Notes: generated by a model not told the origin, from the letters alone. A stretch of 64,000 nucleotides of DNA from Pedosphaera sp. (GCA_009695205.1 SIBK01000001.1:48690-112689); one strand, 5' to 3'; numbered from the stretch's first letter, positions 37,690 through 48,643 are shown. Program-made: numbers and translations.

Positions 37690-39576
37690 TCAATGGGCGC
37701 TCTCGTGCTCTCTGATATACTCTTGCTTTAAGCCAAGTTTCTCCGGGGCATGCAACACCAGCATCTTCATTCGTATATCCAGCGGTATCGAGGATGTCGT
37801 CAGCTTTGATACAACCACCATCAAGGTGATTGCCAAGGGGACCGCCCACAAAGCCGGTTGTTCGCACAAAATCCGCTGCAGCGGATGCGCAGCCCAAAAT
37901 GCTTCGAGCGAATGGGCCTTCATCCACGCGAGCCAGTCGGGCATCGGCTTGCCTGAATATTTCGCCGACATCGTCGTGACGAATGTCGTAAAACTCGTCA
38001 TCGAGATCGCGATCATCGCGAAGAGTCCGCCCGTCAACATTCCGGTCGCGGCACCTTGAACGGTCATTCCTCGCCACCAGATGCTCATAAATAGAAGCGG
38101 AAAATAGCTCGCTGCCGCGATGGCGAAGGCTTGTCCGACCATGAAGTTAATCTCGAAATCTTCCGCCAGACACCCCAACCCGACCGCGACCACACCGACA
38201 GAGATGGCGCACCATTTAAACATCCGCATTCGGTCTGCCGCGGAGGCGCTGGGCCGGAGTATGCGGCCGTACACATCATGGGCCAGCGCGCCCGTCATGC
38301 TTACCAACAAGCCGGAAAAAGTGCTCATGAACGCGGCGAACGCGCCCGCGCATGTAATACCGCTGAGCACCGATCCAAGCACGCCGAAGCGCTCGCGCAA
38401 GATCGTTGGGAGCCGCAACACGATCCCGTCGGTGCCTTTCACTCCCGTCAATCCATTATATAGCTCAGGCATCAGATTGCGGCCCAAAACACCGAACATC
38501 GGTGGGAAAATATAAAAGACTCCAATCAGGATCATCACCCACATCGTGGTCCGCTTCGCAGCCATGCCATCGGGATTGGTATAAAAGCGGACCAGGATGT
38601 GAGGCAATCCGGCGGTGCCGCACACGAGCGCGATGATCAGGGAATAGGTGTAGAGCAGAGCAAGTCTACGGGAGGATTGAGGATCCAGCTTTGCGGCTCT
38701 AGCCGCTTTGGTTGTCAGCGGACCGAACGGCGCGAGCCATGTTGCATCGGGTGGCGCCTTTGCGGGGAGTATTCGAGCGGGTTGAGGTCCTGTTCGGGTG
38801 GAATTCCCGCTCGTTTCAATTTTTTCCTGAAACGGAGGGTTTGCTCCCGGACTTGCGGCTAACTGTTTCGACTGCACGGAAGGATCGGCGACGTTTACTC
38901 CGAGCTGCTTCCCATATCCGCCGTACACCGACAGGAGCACAAATACCGGCACAGCGATGGCAAACATTTTCATCCAGTATTGGAATGCCTGCACCAGCGT
39001 AATGCCCTTCATGCCGCCCAGGGCCACGTTAAAGGTGATCACCGCCCCAACCATGACAACGCCGACCCAATACGGCAGACCCCTCTGGCCAAACCAGGCG
39101 ATGTCTTGAAAAATGTACGCCAAAGTCGTCCCGGCACCCTTCATTTGCGGCATTGTATAGAAAAATCCGATGAACAGGACGAAAACGATCGCGATCTTCC
39201 GGAACATCGGCGAATCGTAGCGGCCTTCGGCGAAATCCGGGATGGTATAGGCCCCAAACCGCCGCAAGGGCCCGGCTATGAACAGCAGGAGAAACAAATA
39301 GCCGCAGGCATAACACACCGGATACCACAGGGCGTCATAGCCGGAAGACATCACCATGCCCGCAACTCCCATGAACGAGGCAGCACTTAGGTATTCGCCG
39401 GAGATGGCGGACGCATTCCAACCGACACTGACGCCGCGGCCCGCGACGAAAAAGTCGGAAGCGGTCCGGGAACGGCTCGCAGCCCAGAACCCCACCACAA
39501 TTGTGGCGAGCACCGTGAAGCTGCTGCAGGCAAGAATCCAGGAATCTACAGCAGCGAGGAGTAGGGAAGTCGGCAT
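37690..39576 (-). CDS. Cation/monocarboxylate symporter (SSS family, ActP-like)
   Basis: DFFVAGR, SGEYLSAASF, YTIPDF, GTAGLPHILVRFYT and AFAIAAAS motifs. Confidence 0.9.
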   Translation of the reverse strand: MPTSLLLAAVDSWILACSSFTVLATIVVGFWAASRSRTASDFFVAGRGVSVGWNASAISGEYLSAASFMGVAGMVMSSGYDALWYPVCYACGYLFLLLFIAGPLRRFGAYTIPDFAEGRYDSPMFRKIAIVFVLFIGFFYTMPQMKGAGTTLAYIFQDIAWFGQRGLPYWVGVVMVGAVITFNVALGGMKGITLVQAFQYWMKMFAIAVPVFVLLSVYGGYGKQLGVNVADPSVQSKQLAASPGANPPFQEKIETSGNSTRTGPQPARILPAKAPPDATWLAPFGPLTTKAARAAKLDPQSSRRLALLYTYSLIIALVCGTAGLPHILVRFYTNPDGMAAKRTTMWVMILIGVFYIFPPMFGVLGRNLMPELYNGLTGVKGTDGIVLRLPTILRERFGVLGSVLSGITCAGAFAAFMSTFSGLLVSMTGALAHDVYGRILRPSASAADRMRMFKWCAISVGVVAVGLGCLAEDFEINFMVGQAFAIAAASYFPLLFMSIWWRGMTVQGAATGMLTGGLFAMIAISMTSFTTFVTTMSAKYSGKPMPDWLAWMKAHSLEAFWAAHPLQRILCEQPALWAVPLAITLMVVVSKLTTSSIPLDIRMKMLVLHAPEKLGLKQEYIREHESAH

Positions 39577-39627
39577 GAGAGAAAAGTGTGGGTTAACTAG
39601 ACGCCTTCGATGAGGTTGTTGCGGTTC

Positions 39628-39945
39628 TCAGCGATTCTGAGACGGAGTCTGCCGACTGTCTGCGGCATCACGGACTTCCGCGTTCTCCAGGTCGATGGAC
39701 CGGCGGATGAAGAAGCCTGAAATGATCCAAACCAGTGGGAAAAAGAGGACGCCAAGCAGGAGCCAGGTCCGTGTGAATCCGCCAATTCGTTGGGCCATGA
39801 ATTCCGGGGCGAAGTAGTTGCAAAGTGGCAATCCCAGCAAGGCAACGAGAAATGCGGCGGCACAGGAAATGGACAGGCGGAGTTGCCGGGACATCAATTG
39901 GCGAAGGAACGTCTCGCTGTGAACACGATCAGGCGGGGTTTGCAC
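39628..39945 (-). CDS. DUF485-family small membrane partner of ActP-type symporters
   Basis: Two TM helices, located immediately upstream of the SSS symporter. Confidence 0.8.
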   Translation of the reverse strand: MQTPPDRVHSETFLRQLMSRQLRLSISCAAAFLVALLGLPLCNYFAPEFMAQRIGGFTRTWLLLGVLFFPLVWIISGFFIRRSIDLENAEVRDAADSRQTPSQNR

Positions 39946-40146
39946 CCGGGTGGTGTATCAGGGAGGGACCGATGTCACAAGCCGGGCGGTTATCTGGAGC
40001 GGCGATTGGGCCTTCCCGATGTTGTGGGTGCTTCCAATCCTCACGGCTCGCGATTTACCGATTTTTCAAGTGTTGCCAACACGTTGGGGGTGCTCGGAGC
40101 AAAGCTACGGAGCAGCGCCAGAGAGCAGCCCCAGGACTCCGGACTC

Positions 40147-40351
40147 CGTGAATCTAAAGGGTCCGTCTCCCGGCATCGCGGCAACTGCACACGTTTCATT
40201 GCCTCGGATTAAACCACAACCTTTTGTTGCATATGCGACAAAAGGTTGCGTGAGCGATTGATTGATTGATTGAACCGTAAAGCGGCGATGGGCACCCTTC
40301 CCTCAACCGATACGGAGAGAGCGGCCGGGAGAGGGGCCTTTCAGTGTCACG
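40147..40351. repeat. REP/MITE-like element with imperfect 28-bp terminal inverted repeats
   Basis: 40147-40174 matches the reverse complement of 40324-40351 at 22/28 positions. The ends resemble the repeats at 57282 and 60131. Confidence 0.65.
40217..40248. repeat. 32-bp palindrome, copy 1
   Basis: CAACCTTTTGTTGCATATGCGACAAAAGGTTG; one mismatch between arms and 30/32 identical to the copy at 50294. Confidence 0.9.
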
Positions 40352-40401
40352 TTTTTTCCGAGTCGACAAAAATTCTCGGACCGATATCAGGAGTTCTGAG
40401 C

Positions 40402-41334
40402 TCAGGGTGGGAGCCAACTCATTTCTCCGGACAGCCAATGCAGAATCTCCGGTATGGCATCGGTCTCCGAGCGCGCCCCTGCCTCCACCAACCGGAATCG
40501 ATCGCTTCGAGGCCGCCATATCGTTGCATTGGATTCTCTCCACAAGGCAACCCCCGGCAAACCCACTGCGGCAGCTAGGTGCGTGATGCCAGAATCGTGC
40601 CCCACAAACGCGTCGGCGCCGGCGAGTCGCTGCGCGACCTCCGGCAGGGGTCGTCCCGTCAAGACCTCGCAGCGTTCCCTGGGTAGTTCCAAAGACAATT
40701 GTTCAAGACGATTCCCCTCGGCCTCCCCTCCAATAAACAGGACCCGGCGACGAGGATCGTCTCCCAGATTCCTCATCAAGTGCTGCCAAAACTCCGCTGA
40801 CCAATTCTTGCTCGCGCTTCCGCTCCCGGGATGGACTGCCACGAGCCGTTGATCATGATGGGATAGGCTCGGAGAAATTCTTGTCGTGATTCGAGGGATA
40901 GGATCCGCCCCAAAAACGGCCACCCGTTCAAGAGGTCGCAGCATTTGATCCGTCGCGTGCTGTGCGGACGTTTCGTCCGGGCGATGAGGTCCCTGGATCA
41001 CCTGTGCCCGCGTCACTCGAGATAAGTTGTCTCGGAAGATTTCGTCCGGATCAAACAAGTAGCTGAAGATTACGTGACATCCGGCGAAATACTCCGACAT
41101 CGCAGGATCCAGGGATCCGTTGCGTGCAAAGAAGCCTGCGAGCGCGCGTGACTCAATCGGGATGACGGCATCAACAACTCCCGCCGCATCTGCGAGGCTG
41201 GCGATGTGCGGGTATCCAAGCACTTCGAGGCGTGTGTCGGGAAACGTCGAGCGAAGCGCAGCGAGAGCTGGCAGAGTTAGAATGAAGTCACCGATTGCGC
41301 CGCCTCGGATTACCAGGATTTTCCCCTGTTTCAT
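40402..41334 (-). CDS. Glycosyltransferase family 9 (heptosyltransferase-like)
   Basis: ILVIRGGAIGDFIL, HPGSG--KNW and GHDSGITHLAAA motifs. Confidence 0.9.
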   Translation of the reverse strand: MKQGKILVIRGGAIGDFILTLPALAALRSTFPDTRLEVLGYPHIASLADAAGVVDAVIPIESRALAGFFARNGSLDPAMSEYFAGCHVIFSYLFDPDEIFRDNLSRVTRAQVIQGPHRPDETSAQHATDQMLRPLERVAVFGADPIPRITTRISPSLSHHDQRLVAVHPGSGSASKNWSAEFWQHLMRNLGDDPRRRVLFIGGEAEGNRLEQLSLELPRERCEVLTGRPLPEVAQRLAGADAFVGHDSGITHLAAAVGLPGVALWRESNATIWRPRSDRFRLVEAGARSETDAIPEILHWLSGEMSWLPP

Positions 41335-41343
41335 TGGTCGAGG

Positions 41344-42102
41344 CTAGATCCGTGTCAACTCGTGCTGGATCACGGCAATGGCGGCGATGGCTGCGGTGTC
41401 AGCGCGCAAGACGAGCTTGCCCAGCGTTATAGGAATAGCGCCCGCGGATCGGAACTGCTGGAGTTCTTCGGGTGAAAAATCGCCCTCAGGACCGATCGCG
41501 ATGGCGATGGTTTTGGGCTGCCGCTGATGCTGTCGAAGAAAATCGGTGAAGGCCGTTCCGATGTGGCGTGCGTTGGATTCCAGGGAACAGAGAAGAACCA
41601 GCTCCGGTCGGCCGTGGGTGGAATTTTTTTGAAGCCATTCCTCGGGCGTCACCGCCATCTCGATTGCCGGTAGCCAGGGCGTTCCGCACTGCTTTGCGGC
41701 TTCAATCGTGGTGGTCCTCCAGCCCGACATTTTGCTGGCTGTGTCGGCGGGGGCTAGCACACGGACGCTTCGGGCGGTGGCAAGGGGAACGATCTGGTGG
41801 GTCCCAAGCTCCGTCGCCTTCTGGAGGATTGTATCCCACGCCTTGGACTTGACGAGCGCTTGTAGGAGCGAGATGGCGGTGGTGGAAGCGGGAAGTTGTT
41901 GCCGGCGGAGGATACGAGCCGAAACGGCGGATTTGGTGACGCGGCTTACGATGCACTGTAAAAGAGCGCCGGCACCGTCCAGAATTTCGATCGATTCGCC
42001 GGGATTGACTCGCAGGACACGTGCGGCGTGCCGGCTTTGGTCGTTCCCGAGCGTGATGGTCTTCTGCTGGCAGGCTTCTGGTGGCAGAAAGAAGCGATGC
42101 AT
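41344..42102 (-). CDS. rsmE: 16S rRNA m3U1498 methyltransferase
   Basis: HAARVLR, QKATELG, IGPEGDF and LG--VLRADTA motifs. Confidence 0.93.
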   Translation of the reverse strand: MHRFFLPPEACQQKTITLGNDQSRHAARVLRVNPGESIEILDGAGALLQCIVSRVTKSAVSARILRRQQLPASTTAISLLQALVKSKAWDTILQKATELGTHQIVPLATARSVRVLAPADTASKMSGWRTTTIEAAKQCGTPWLPAIEMAVTPEEWLQKNSTHGRPELVLLCSLESNARHIGTAFTDFLRQHQRQPKTIAIAIGPEGDFSPEELQQFRSAGAIPITLGKLVLRADTAAIAAIAVIQHELTRI

Positions 42103-42161
42103 GGAGGTGGAGATGACGTAATTTCGGGAAGTCCGATTGGCAACAGATCGGGAGATGGGAA

Positions 42162-43322
42162 TCAGCTGAAGAATTCGCGAGCCCGTTCGAAGAAGGAACG
42201 ATTGTTGGGGTTTACGTCGTGGCCGCAGAGGTGGGCGAACTCTTCGAGTTTCTGGCGTTGAGCCGCATTGAGGTTGGTGGGGATTTCGACAACGATGCGA
42301 ACCATCAGGTCGCCGGTGCCATGGCTTTGCAGATCCTTTGCACCGCGCCCTTTCAGACGGAATACCGTGCCGTTTTGGGTGCCGGCGGGCACCCGGATTT
42401 GAGCACCGCCGGAAAGTGTGGGGACGTTGACTTCTGCGCCGAGAGCGGCCTGGGAAAACGTGACAGGGACTTCACAGACGAGGTTGCTCCCATCGCGTTG
42501 GAATATTTCGTGTTCCCGGACACGGAGCTGGACGTAGAGATCCCCGGAGGGTCCGGCGCGGAAACCGGCGACACCGTTTCCCGTGGAACGGAGGCGCATC
42601 CCGTCGTCCACACCTGCCGGAATCTTCAGCGTGATGGTTGAAGATTGAGTCTTGCGACCCTGTCCACCGCAGGATTTGCAGGGTTTTTCGAGCGTTTGAC
42701 CGGCGCCACTGCAGCGTGGGCAAGTTTGCTGGATACTGAAAATTCCTCGAGACATTACGACCCGGCCGCGGCCGCCACATTGGGTGCACGGGATTCGGCG
42801 GGATCCTTTTTCTGCACCGGTCCCGGAGCATGTGTCGCAGGCACCCGGTTTGGAGATGGTGATTTGCTTTTCCGCGCCGTGAATCGCGTCCTCGAGCGTA
42901 ATCTCGAGGTCATAGCGCAGATCTTCGCCGCGTTGCGGTCCACCGGGGTTGGCTTCCTCGCCGCCGCCAAAAAAACTTTCAAAGATGCTGCCGCCGCCAC
43001 CACCACCGCCGCTGAACACCTCGCGGAAAATATCCATCGGGTCATGGAATCCTCCGCCACGCCCACCGGCACCGTTTCCAGCGCGAGCGCGGGGATCGAA
43101 GGCGGCATGGCCAAACTGATCGTATGCCGCGCGCTTTTGAGGATCGCTAAGGGCTTCGTAGGCCTGGCTGAGTTCCTTAAACTTGTCCTCAGCCGACTTA
43201 TCACCCGGGTTTTTATCCGGATGAAATTTTACCGCAAGCTTGCGGTAAGCCTTTTTGATTTCCTCGTCGGATGCCGAGCGGGCAACGCCGAGAATTTCGT
43301 AATAATCACGTTTACTAGCCAT
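42162..43322 (-). CDS. dnaJ: Chaperone DnaJ
   Basis: [13 protein letters not shown] motif, G/F-rich region and four CxxCxGxG repeats. Start ATG at 43322. Confidence 0.97.
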   Translation of the reverse strand: MASKRDYYEILGVARSASDEEIKKAYRKLAVKFHPDKNPGDKSAEDKFKELSQAYEALSDPQKRAAYDQFGHAAFDPRARAGNGAGGRGGGFHDPMDIFREVFSGGGGGGGSIFESFFGGGEEANPGGPQRGEDLRYDLEITLEDAIHGAEKQITISKPGACDTCSGTGAEKGSRRIPCTQCGGRGRVVMSRGIFSIQQTCPRCSGAGQTLEKPCKSCGGQGRKTQSSTITLKIPAGVDDGMRLRSTGNGVAGFRAGPSGDLYVQLRVREHEIFQRDGSNLVCEVPVTFSQAALGAEVNVPTLSGGAQIRVPAGTQNGTVFRLKGRGAKDLQSHGTGDLMVRIVVEIPTNLNAAQRQKLEEFAHLCGHDVNPNNRSFFERAREFFS

Positions 43323-43326
43323 CGAG

Positions 43327-43917
43327 TCAGTCTTGGGTTGAGCCGGATGGGCATGCCGAGGAAGCGGGGGATTTGGCCACGACGACGCTGGCGGGGCGGA
43401 GCAGACGTTCGCGCAGGCGGAAGCCTTTGCGGAGCTCCTGAACGACCTGTCCTTCGGGTGCGCTCGTGGTCTCGAGTTGCGAGACGGCTTCATGCAACGC
43501 GGGGTCGAAGGGTTGCCCAAGGACGGAGATTTCTTCGAGGCCGAGCTCCGAGAACGCGGCGCGGAGTTGGCCGTGAATCATCAAGACGCCGGCCTTGAGT
43601 ACGTCGATATTTGTGTTCGGTTGGTTTGCGGCGGCCATGGCCTTTTCAAAACTGTCGAGAATCGGCAACAGGCGGACGATAACACCTTCGGCGGCTGCCT
43701 TGCGGGTTTCGTCGCGTTCGCGAGCGGCTCTTTTTTTGAAATTATCGAAATCGGCGGTTGTCCGGAGCAACCGTTCAAAGAGCTCGGCTGCCTTGGCGCC
43801 CTCAGCCTTCAATGCTTGGATCTGTTCGGGGGCCAAGGTTTCGGGTGTGAAGTCTACGAGCGTCGGGGAGGTTTCCCCGGGCTGAACGGTGTTGGGTTCT
43901 GTCGGTTCCTGGCTCAT
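43327..43917 (-). CDS. grpE: Nucleotide exchange factor GrpE
   Basis: [18 protein letters not shown] and [15 protein letters not shown] motifs. Confidence 0.96.
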   Translation of the reverse strand: MSQEPTEPNTVQPGETSPTLVDFTPETLAPEQIQALKAEGAKAAELFERLLRTTADFDNFKKRAARERDETRKAAAEGVIVRLLPILDSFEKAMAAANQPNTNIDVLKAGVLMIHGQLRAAFSELGLEEISVLGQPFDPALHEAVSQLETTSAPEGQVVQELRKGFRLRERLLRPASVVVAKSPASSACPSGSTQD

Positions 43918-43982
43918 TTCCTCTTAAGTGGTCGGCAAGATAGAAGGGCGAACGGGGCAGAGCAAGTGGGTGAGCCGAGTCG

Positions 43983-45038
43983 TCAAATCAGTCCTGCGGT
44001 TTCGGGGTAACCGCAGACGATATTCATGCTTTGGACAGCCTGCCCGCTGGCACCCTTGATAATGTTGTCTTCGGCGCAGATGACGATGAGCCGGCCGGTG
44101 CGGAGATCGAGCCGCCAGGCGATTTCCACGACATTGGTGCCGACAACATTCTTGGTATCGGGGAGGGCCTTGCCTTCGAGGATGCGGACGAAAGGTTCCG
44201 TTGCGTAGGCGGCATAGTAGCAGCTCGTAATCATTTCTGCGAGAGCCGCCGCCTCGGCCTTGGAGCTGAAGTGGTGAGCTGGAGCTAAATAGAGGGTGGT
44301 GAGGATGCCGCGGTTCACGGGGATGAGGTGAGGCGTGAACTGGACGGTGACCGGGGTGTCGGCGGCGAGGCTCAATTGTTCCTCGATCTCCGAAAGATGA
44401 CGATGCTTTGGGATGCCGTAGGGGCGGACACTCTCGTTGCATTCGCAGAAGAGATAGTCCAGCTCCGCCTTGCGGCCTGCTCCACTGACGCCGCTAAGCG
44501 AGTCGGCAATAATGCCGGCCGACTTGATGAGTTGGGCTTTGAGGAGTGGAACTGTCGGGATGAGAATGCTAGTGGGGTAGCAGCCTGGCGAGGCGATGAG
44601 CGAGGCAGACTTGATCTGAGATCGGTAAAGTTCAGGGAGGCCGTAAACAGATTTTTCGAGAAGCGACGGGGCGGGGTGAAGATGGCCGTAAAACTCGGCA
44701 TAGATTTCAGGGCTCTTGAGACGGAAATCGGCACTGAGATCGATCACCGTGCAACCAGAGTTCAAAAGAGGCACGGCGAACTCGGCGGCGACTCCGTGTG
44801 GGAGGGCAAGAAAAACAAAATCAGCCTGAGTCGCGAGAACGCCGGCGTTGGGTTCCGAAAATCGGAGAACCTTGGATCGCGGGTGGCTAGCAAACCTAGG
44901 AAAGACTTGCGCAACGGTCAGTCCGGCATTTTGTCGCGAGGTGACGGCGGCGAGATGAACGAGGGGATGGTTGAGCAGCAGGCGGACGAGTTCTTCGCCT
45001 GAATAACCAGACGCACCGACGATTGCGACGTTTTTCAT
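43983..45038 (-). CDS. argC: N-acetyl-gamma-glutamyl-phosphate reductase
   Basis: VGASGYSG, DLSADFR, PGCYPT, SGVSGAG and DNIIKGASGQAVQ motifs. Confidence 0.96.
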   Translation of the reverse strand: MKNVAIVGASGYSGEELVRLLLNHPLVHLAAVTSRQNAGLTVAQVFPRFASHPRSKVLRFSEPNAGVLATQADFVFLALPHGVAAEFAVPLLNSGCTVIDLSADFRLKSPEIYAEFYGHLHPAPSLLEKSVYGLPELYRSQIKSASLIASPGCYPTSILIPTVPLLKAQLIKSAGIIADSLSGVSGAGRKAELDYLFCECNESVRPYGIPKHRHLSEIEEQLSLAADTPVTVQFTPHLIPVNRGILTTLYLAPAHHFSSKAEAAALAEMITSCYYAAYATEPFVRILEGKALPDTKNVVGTNVVEIAWRLDLRTGRLIVICAEDNIIKGASGQAVQSMNIVCGYPETAGLI

Positions 45039-45110
45039 GGAATGAGGAATTGACCAGGCGCTCGGCGTCCGGAGTGTCTGAGAGACTGGAAGGCGAATTG
45101 AGTGGAGTGC

Positions 45111-45150
45111 AAAACAAAAACCCCGCCGTCGGCAAGGCCGGGCGGGGTTT
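45111..45150 (-). terminator. Rho-independent terminator after rplM-rpsI
   Basis: The minus strand reads AAACCCCGCCCGGCCTTGCCGACGGCGGGGTTTTTGTTTT, a GC stem followed by a U tract. Confidence 0.8.
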
Positions 45151-45166
45151 GAAGGAGATTGGGCGA

Positions 45167-45565
45167 TTAGCGTTTCGAGAATTGGAAACGAGCACGCGCA
45201 CCCGGTTGGCCGTACTTCTTACGTTCCTTCATACGAGGGTCGCGGGTGAGGAGACCCTCGGCTTTGAGGAGAGGACGGTAGGCGAGATCGGCCTTGAGTA
45301 ATGCGCGAGCAATACCGTGGCGGGTTGCGCCGGCCTGGCCGGTGGGACCTCCGCCCTGGACGTTTACGCGCACGTCAAATTTGCCGCTGGTCGATGTCGC
45401 CGTAAACGGCTGCAGCACTGCCATCCGCTGCTGTTCCAGCGGAAAGTAGACTTCGAACGGGCGGTTATTAACGGTGACTTTTCCTGCGCCGGAGGCGAGG
45501 CGAACTCGGGCGACGGATGTCTTGCGGCGGCCGGTGCCGAGAAATTCAGTGACTTTGGTGACCAT
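45167..45565 (-). CDS. rpsI: 30S ribosomal protein S9
   Basis: [22 protein letters not shown] and ERKKYG...FQFSKR motifs. Confidence 0.98.
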   Translation of the reverse strand: MVTKVTEFLGTGRRKTSVARVRLASGAGKVTVNNRPFEVYFPLEQQRMAVLQPFTATSTSGKFDVRVNVQGGGPTGQAGATRHGIARALLKADLAYRPLLKAEGLLTRDPRMKERKKYGQPGARARFQFSKR

Positions 45566-45584
45566 GATTTGAGTTTGGAAAAAT

Positions 45585-46019
45585 TCAGCCTGCGTACTCG
45601 AGCTTGGCCGGCATTTGAGCGGCATGCGGGTGATCGGAGCCTGCGTAAACCTTCAGTTTCGTCAACAGTCGGTCTGCGAGGCGGTTCTTCGGCAGCATGC
45701 CCTTGACAGCATGGAGCACGAGACGTTCCGGGTGGGCCGCTCGGACCTGAGCAACCGTGCGGTACTTTTCTCCCCCTTTCCATCCAGAATACGACATGTA
45801 CTCCTTGGCGGTTTCTTTCTTGCCCGAGAGCAAAACCTGGGCGGCGTTAATCACGACCACGAAGTCGCCGGCATCAAGGTGCCGCGTGAAGGTCGGTTTG
45901 TTTTTGCCGCGCAGAACGTCGGCCACCTGGACGGCCAATCGGCCCAGGACGGCGCCATTGGCATCAATGATTTGCCACGCGCGTCGCTGCATGTCCGGCT
46001 TCGGAAGATAAGTCTTCAT
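45585..46019 (-). CDS. rplM: 50S ribosomal protein L13
   Basis: [31 protein letters not shown] and KLKVYAG--HPH motifs. Confidence 0.98.
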   Translation of the reverse strand: MKTYLPKPDMQRRAWQIIDANGAVLGRLAVQVADVLRGKNKPTFTRHLDAGDFVVVINAAQVLLSGKKETAKEYMSYSGWKGGEKYRTVAQVRAAHPERLVLHAVKGMLPKNRLADRLLTKLKVYAGSDHPHAAQMPAKLEYAG

Positions 46020-46071
46020 CAAAAGTTCCAATCAAAAGGAGCGAAGGAAGTATCAATCGCCCGGGGACTCG

Positions 46072-47340
46072 TCAACTGTGTTTTCCTGTTGTTTCATCCA
46101 AGCAGGTCACCCCAGGGAGTGGAGTGCCTTCCAGAAACTCGAGACTAGCTCCACCGCCAGTGCTCGCAAAACTTACCTTGTCGCCCAGTCCAGCCTTGTT
46201 CACGGCCTTCACGGAATCGCCACCACCGATGATGGATTTGGCGCCGTGAGCCTGGGTCGCTTCCACAGCCGCCCGAGCCACCGCAGTGGTTCCAGCAGCG
46301 AACCGGGCATCCTCAAACATCCCCATCGGCCCGTTCCAAAGAATCGTTTTTGCGCAGGCGAGGACGGCGGCGTACTGCTTCGCTGTTTCCGGCCCGATGT
46401 CGAACCCTTCGGCATCTTCCGGAATGTCACCACTAACTACCCGCGGATTCTGGAGGTCATAGACCGGTTTGCCCTTCTTGTTCAATTTTCCGGTGTCAAC
46501 CGGCGTGGCAATCACGGTATCGGAAGGGAGCAGGAACTTTACGCCCCGTTTCCGAGCCTTGTCTTCGGCGGCGAGCGCCGTGCCGATATGGTCTTTTTCA
46601 ATGAGGGATTTTCCTGTTCTGCCTCCGTGGGCCAGCTTGAACGTGTACGCCATTGCGCCGCCAATCAGGACGGTATCGGCCTTGTCGAGGAGGCGGTCGA
46701 TCACTTTGATTTTGTCAGAAACTTTCGCGCCGCCGAGGATGACGACAAACGGACGAACCGGATGTTCCAGTTCATCACCCAGGAACTTCAGTTCCCGCAG
46801 CATGAGAAGTCCCGCCGCACAGCGGCCACTCCACGCTTTGACGATGCGGGCGACGCCGCAGGTTGAGGCGTGAGCTCGGTGCGCAGCACCAAATGCGTCA
46901 TTGACGTACACATCCGCAAGGCGCGCGAGGCGGGCAGAAAAAACCGGGTCATTCGCTTCTTCTTCAGGGTGGAACCGCACATTTTCCAGCAGGAGTATCT
47001 CGCCGTCTTTCAGGCCGTTTGCGGCAGCTTCAGCCTTTTCACCGACGCAATCGTCAACGAATTGCACCGGGCGCCCAAACATTTCCCCCAGTTTTTCGGC
47101 AACCGGCCGCAAACTCATGGTTGGTTCCCGTCGGCCCTCGGGACGCCCCAGGTGGGCTGCAAGCACCAGCCGCGCTCCTTTGCTGGCAAGCAGTTCAAGG
47201 GTTGGCAGGGTTTCCCTGATCCGGGTGGCGTCGTTGATGACCATACAACCGTCTTTTTCCTCCATCGGGACATTGTAGTCCACGCGCAGGAAGACCCGCT
47301 TACCGGAGACGTTCAGGTCGGCGACCGAGAGCTTGGCCAT
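46072..47340 (-). CDS. pgk: Phosphoglycerate kinase
   Basis: RVDYNVP, HLGRP, LLENVRF, DAFGAAHRAHAS, GGAKVSDK and STGGGASLE motifs. Confidence 0.98.
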   Translation of the reverse strand: MAKLSVADLNVSGKRVFLRVDYNVPMEEKDGCMVINDATRIRETLPTLELLASKGARLVLAAHLGRPEGRREPTMSLRPVAEKLGEMFGRPVQFVDDCVGEKAEAAANGLKDGEILLLENVRFHPEEEANDPVFSARLARLADVYVNDAFGAAHRAHASTCGVARIVKAWSGRCAAGLLMLRELKFLGDELEHPVRPFVVILGGAKVSDKIKVIDRLLDKADTVLIGGAMAYTFKLAHGGRTGKSLIEKDHIGTALAAEDKARKRGVKFLLPSDTVIATPVDTGKLNKKGKPVYDLQNPRVVSGDIPEDAEGFDIGPETAKQYAAVLACAKTILWNGPMGMFEDARFAAGTTAVARAAVEATQAHGAKSIIGGGDSVKAVNKAGLGDKVSFASTGGGASLEFLEGTPLPGVTCLDETTGKHS

Positions 47341-47502
47341 AAAAAGAAAGGTTGTCGAAAACAGGAATTCAAAAATACGCGACGATCGAGCAGCGATCCG
47401 TCATGGTAAATCGTAACGCCGATCTTCGCACGCGGAACCCCGAATCCGCAGGAATCGGGCCGCCAATTATAGCGAGCGGCTGTTGGGTGTCCAATCGGTT
47501 TT

Positions 47503-48609
47503 TTGAACTGGGCAATGTCCGTTAAGCTCGCACCATTGTCAGACATGTCCCGCCCCAGTGCGTCCGCAATACCCATTCAACCGCCCTCAGCCGCTTTCCG
47601 CGGCAAATTGGCTGGAATGGCTGCGCTCGTTTTTCTATCCGCGTCGTTGCTTTTGGCCCGTGAAAGCCGGGTCCGGCCTCCAACGCTACGCCAATTCATG
47701 GAGAAACGGGGATACACGGTCGTCAAGGTGGACCGTACCCCAGAGCAACATCTCATGGTGAACGGGCGGATCGACGGCAAGCGGGCGCGGTTTGTCGTTG
47801 ATACAGGATTCACTTTTAATGCGGTGGAAACCAACTGGGCCAAGCGTCTGCCGCGGGTGTCATCGCAGGAGGAAGCCGCGCTGACACCGCCGGGAAATCC
47901 GCCGGGATCGTTTCAATTCGCACGCCTCAACCATTTTGAACTGGATGGCCGGCCGTATCCGGCGGAGGTCGCCATGGTGACCCGGTGGTGGCAGCGGGGT
48001 CTATTTCTTCCGTGGATGCCGGTTTTTAGGATGGGGGGCGCGCTCGATTGTGATGCGGTGCTGGGCGTCCCCTTTCTGCAACACCACAGGGCGGTCATCG
48101 ACTATGGCCAACCGCCGGGACTGTTTGTCCGCGGCACGGCGCCTTCCTCGGAGGCGACGCGGGAAATTGAAGAATCGTTCCGTTTGAGTGGGTTTGCACC
48201 CGTAGAACCGATCTACCTGCCGCCAGGGAAATGGGTGGTATCCGCCCGAGTGAACAACCGGCAGGTGGGGTTATTGGTCGATACAGGCGGATACCGCACT
48301 GTCCTTGATCAGAGATTGGCCGCTGAGCTCGGCGTGAAGATGAGGCCGGGTGTGGATTTGATGCACGGTGTGGAAGGACGGCAGTCCACCATGACGGACG
48401 CCAGAATCCAGCGGCTCGAGTTGGGCGAGTCGGTCTTTACTAACCTCACGGTATCCGTGGCGGATCTTGCACCGTGGAATTTAAGCCCAACCCAGAAGAG
48501 TCTGCTTCTTCCCCGCGGGATTCTCGGCTCCGACCTCCTTACGGAGACCCGAGCGATTCTTGACTGCGAAACGCCGCGAATTTGGTTTTTGAAATCCGCA
48601 GTCCGGTGA
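47503..48609 (+). CDS. Secreted two-domain retropepsin-like aspartyl protease
   Basis: Two DTG motifs (VVDTGF, LVDTGG), each with a downstream xLG motif, plus a signal-like segment. Start uncertain. Confidence 0.8.
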   Translation: MNWAMSVKLAPLSDMSRPSASAIPIQPPSAAFRGKLAGMAALVFLSASLLLARESRVRPPTLRQFMEKRGYTVVKVDRTPEQHLMVNGRIDGKRARFVVDTGFTFNAVETNWAKRLPRVSSQEEAALTPPGNPPGSFQFARLNHFELDGRPYPAEVAMVTRWWQRGLFLPWMPVFRMGGALDCDAVLGVPFLQHHRAVIDYGQPPGLFVRGTAPSSEATREIEESFRLSGFAPVEPIYLPPGKWVVSARVNNRQVGLLVDTGGYRTVLDQRLAAELGVKMRPGVDLMHGVEGRQSTMTDARIQRLELGESVFTNLTVSVADLAPWNLSPTQKSLLLPRGILGSDLLTETRAILDCETPRIWFLKSAVR

Positions 48610-48643
48610 TTATCGAAGAAGGCCATTAGCCTGCATGCCCATA

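Noticed and set aside
40256-40271. (GATT)4 microsatellite as a phase-variation switch
   Set aside because: It is short and intergenic with no identifiable promoter spacing; noted only as part of the composite repeat.
42162-43917. grpE-dnaJ without dnaK as a novel arrangement
   Set aside because: Split chaperone operons are common, and dnaK is likely elsewhere in the genome.
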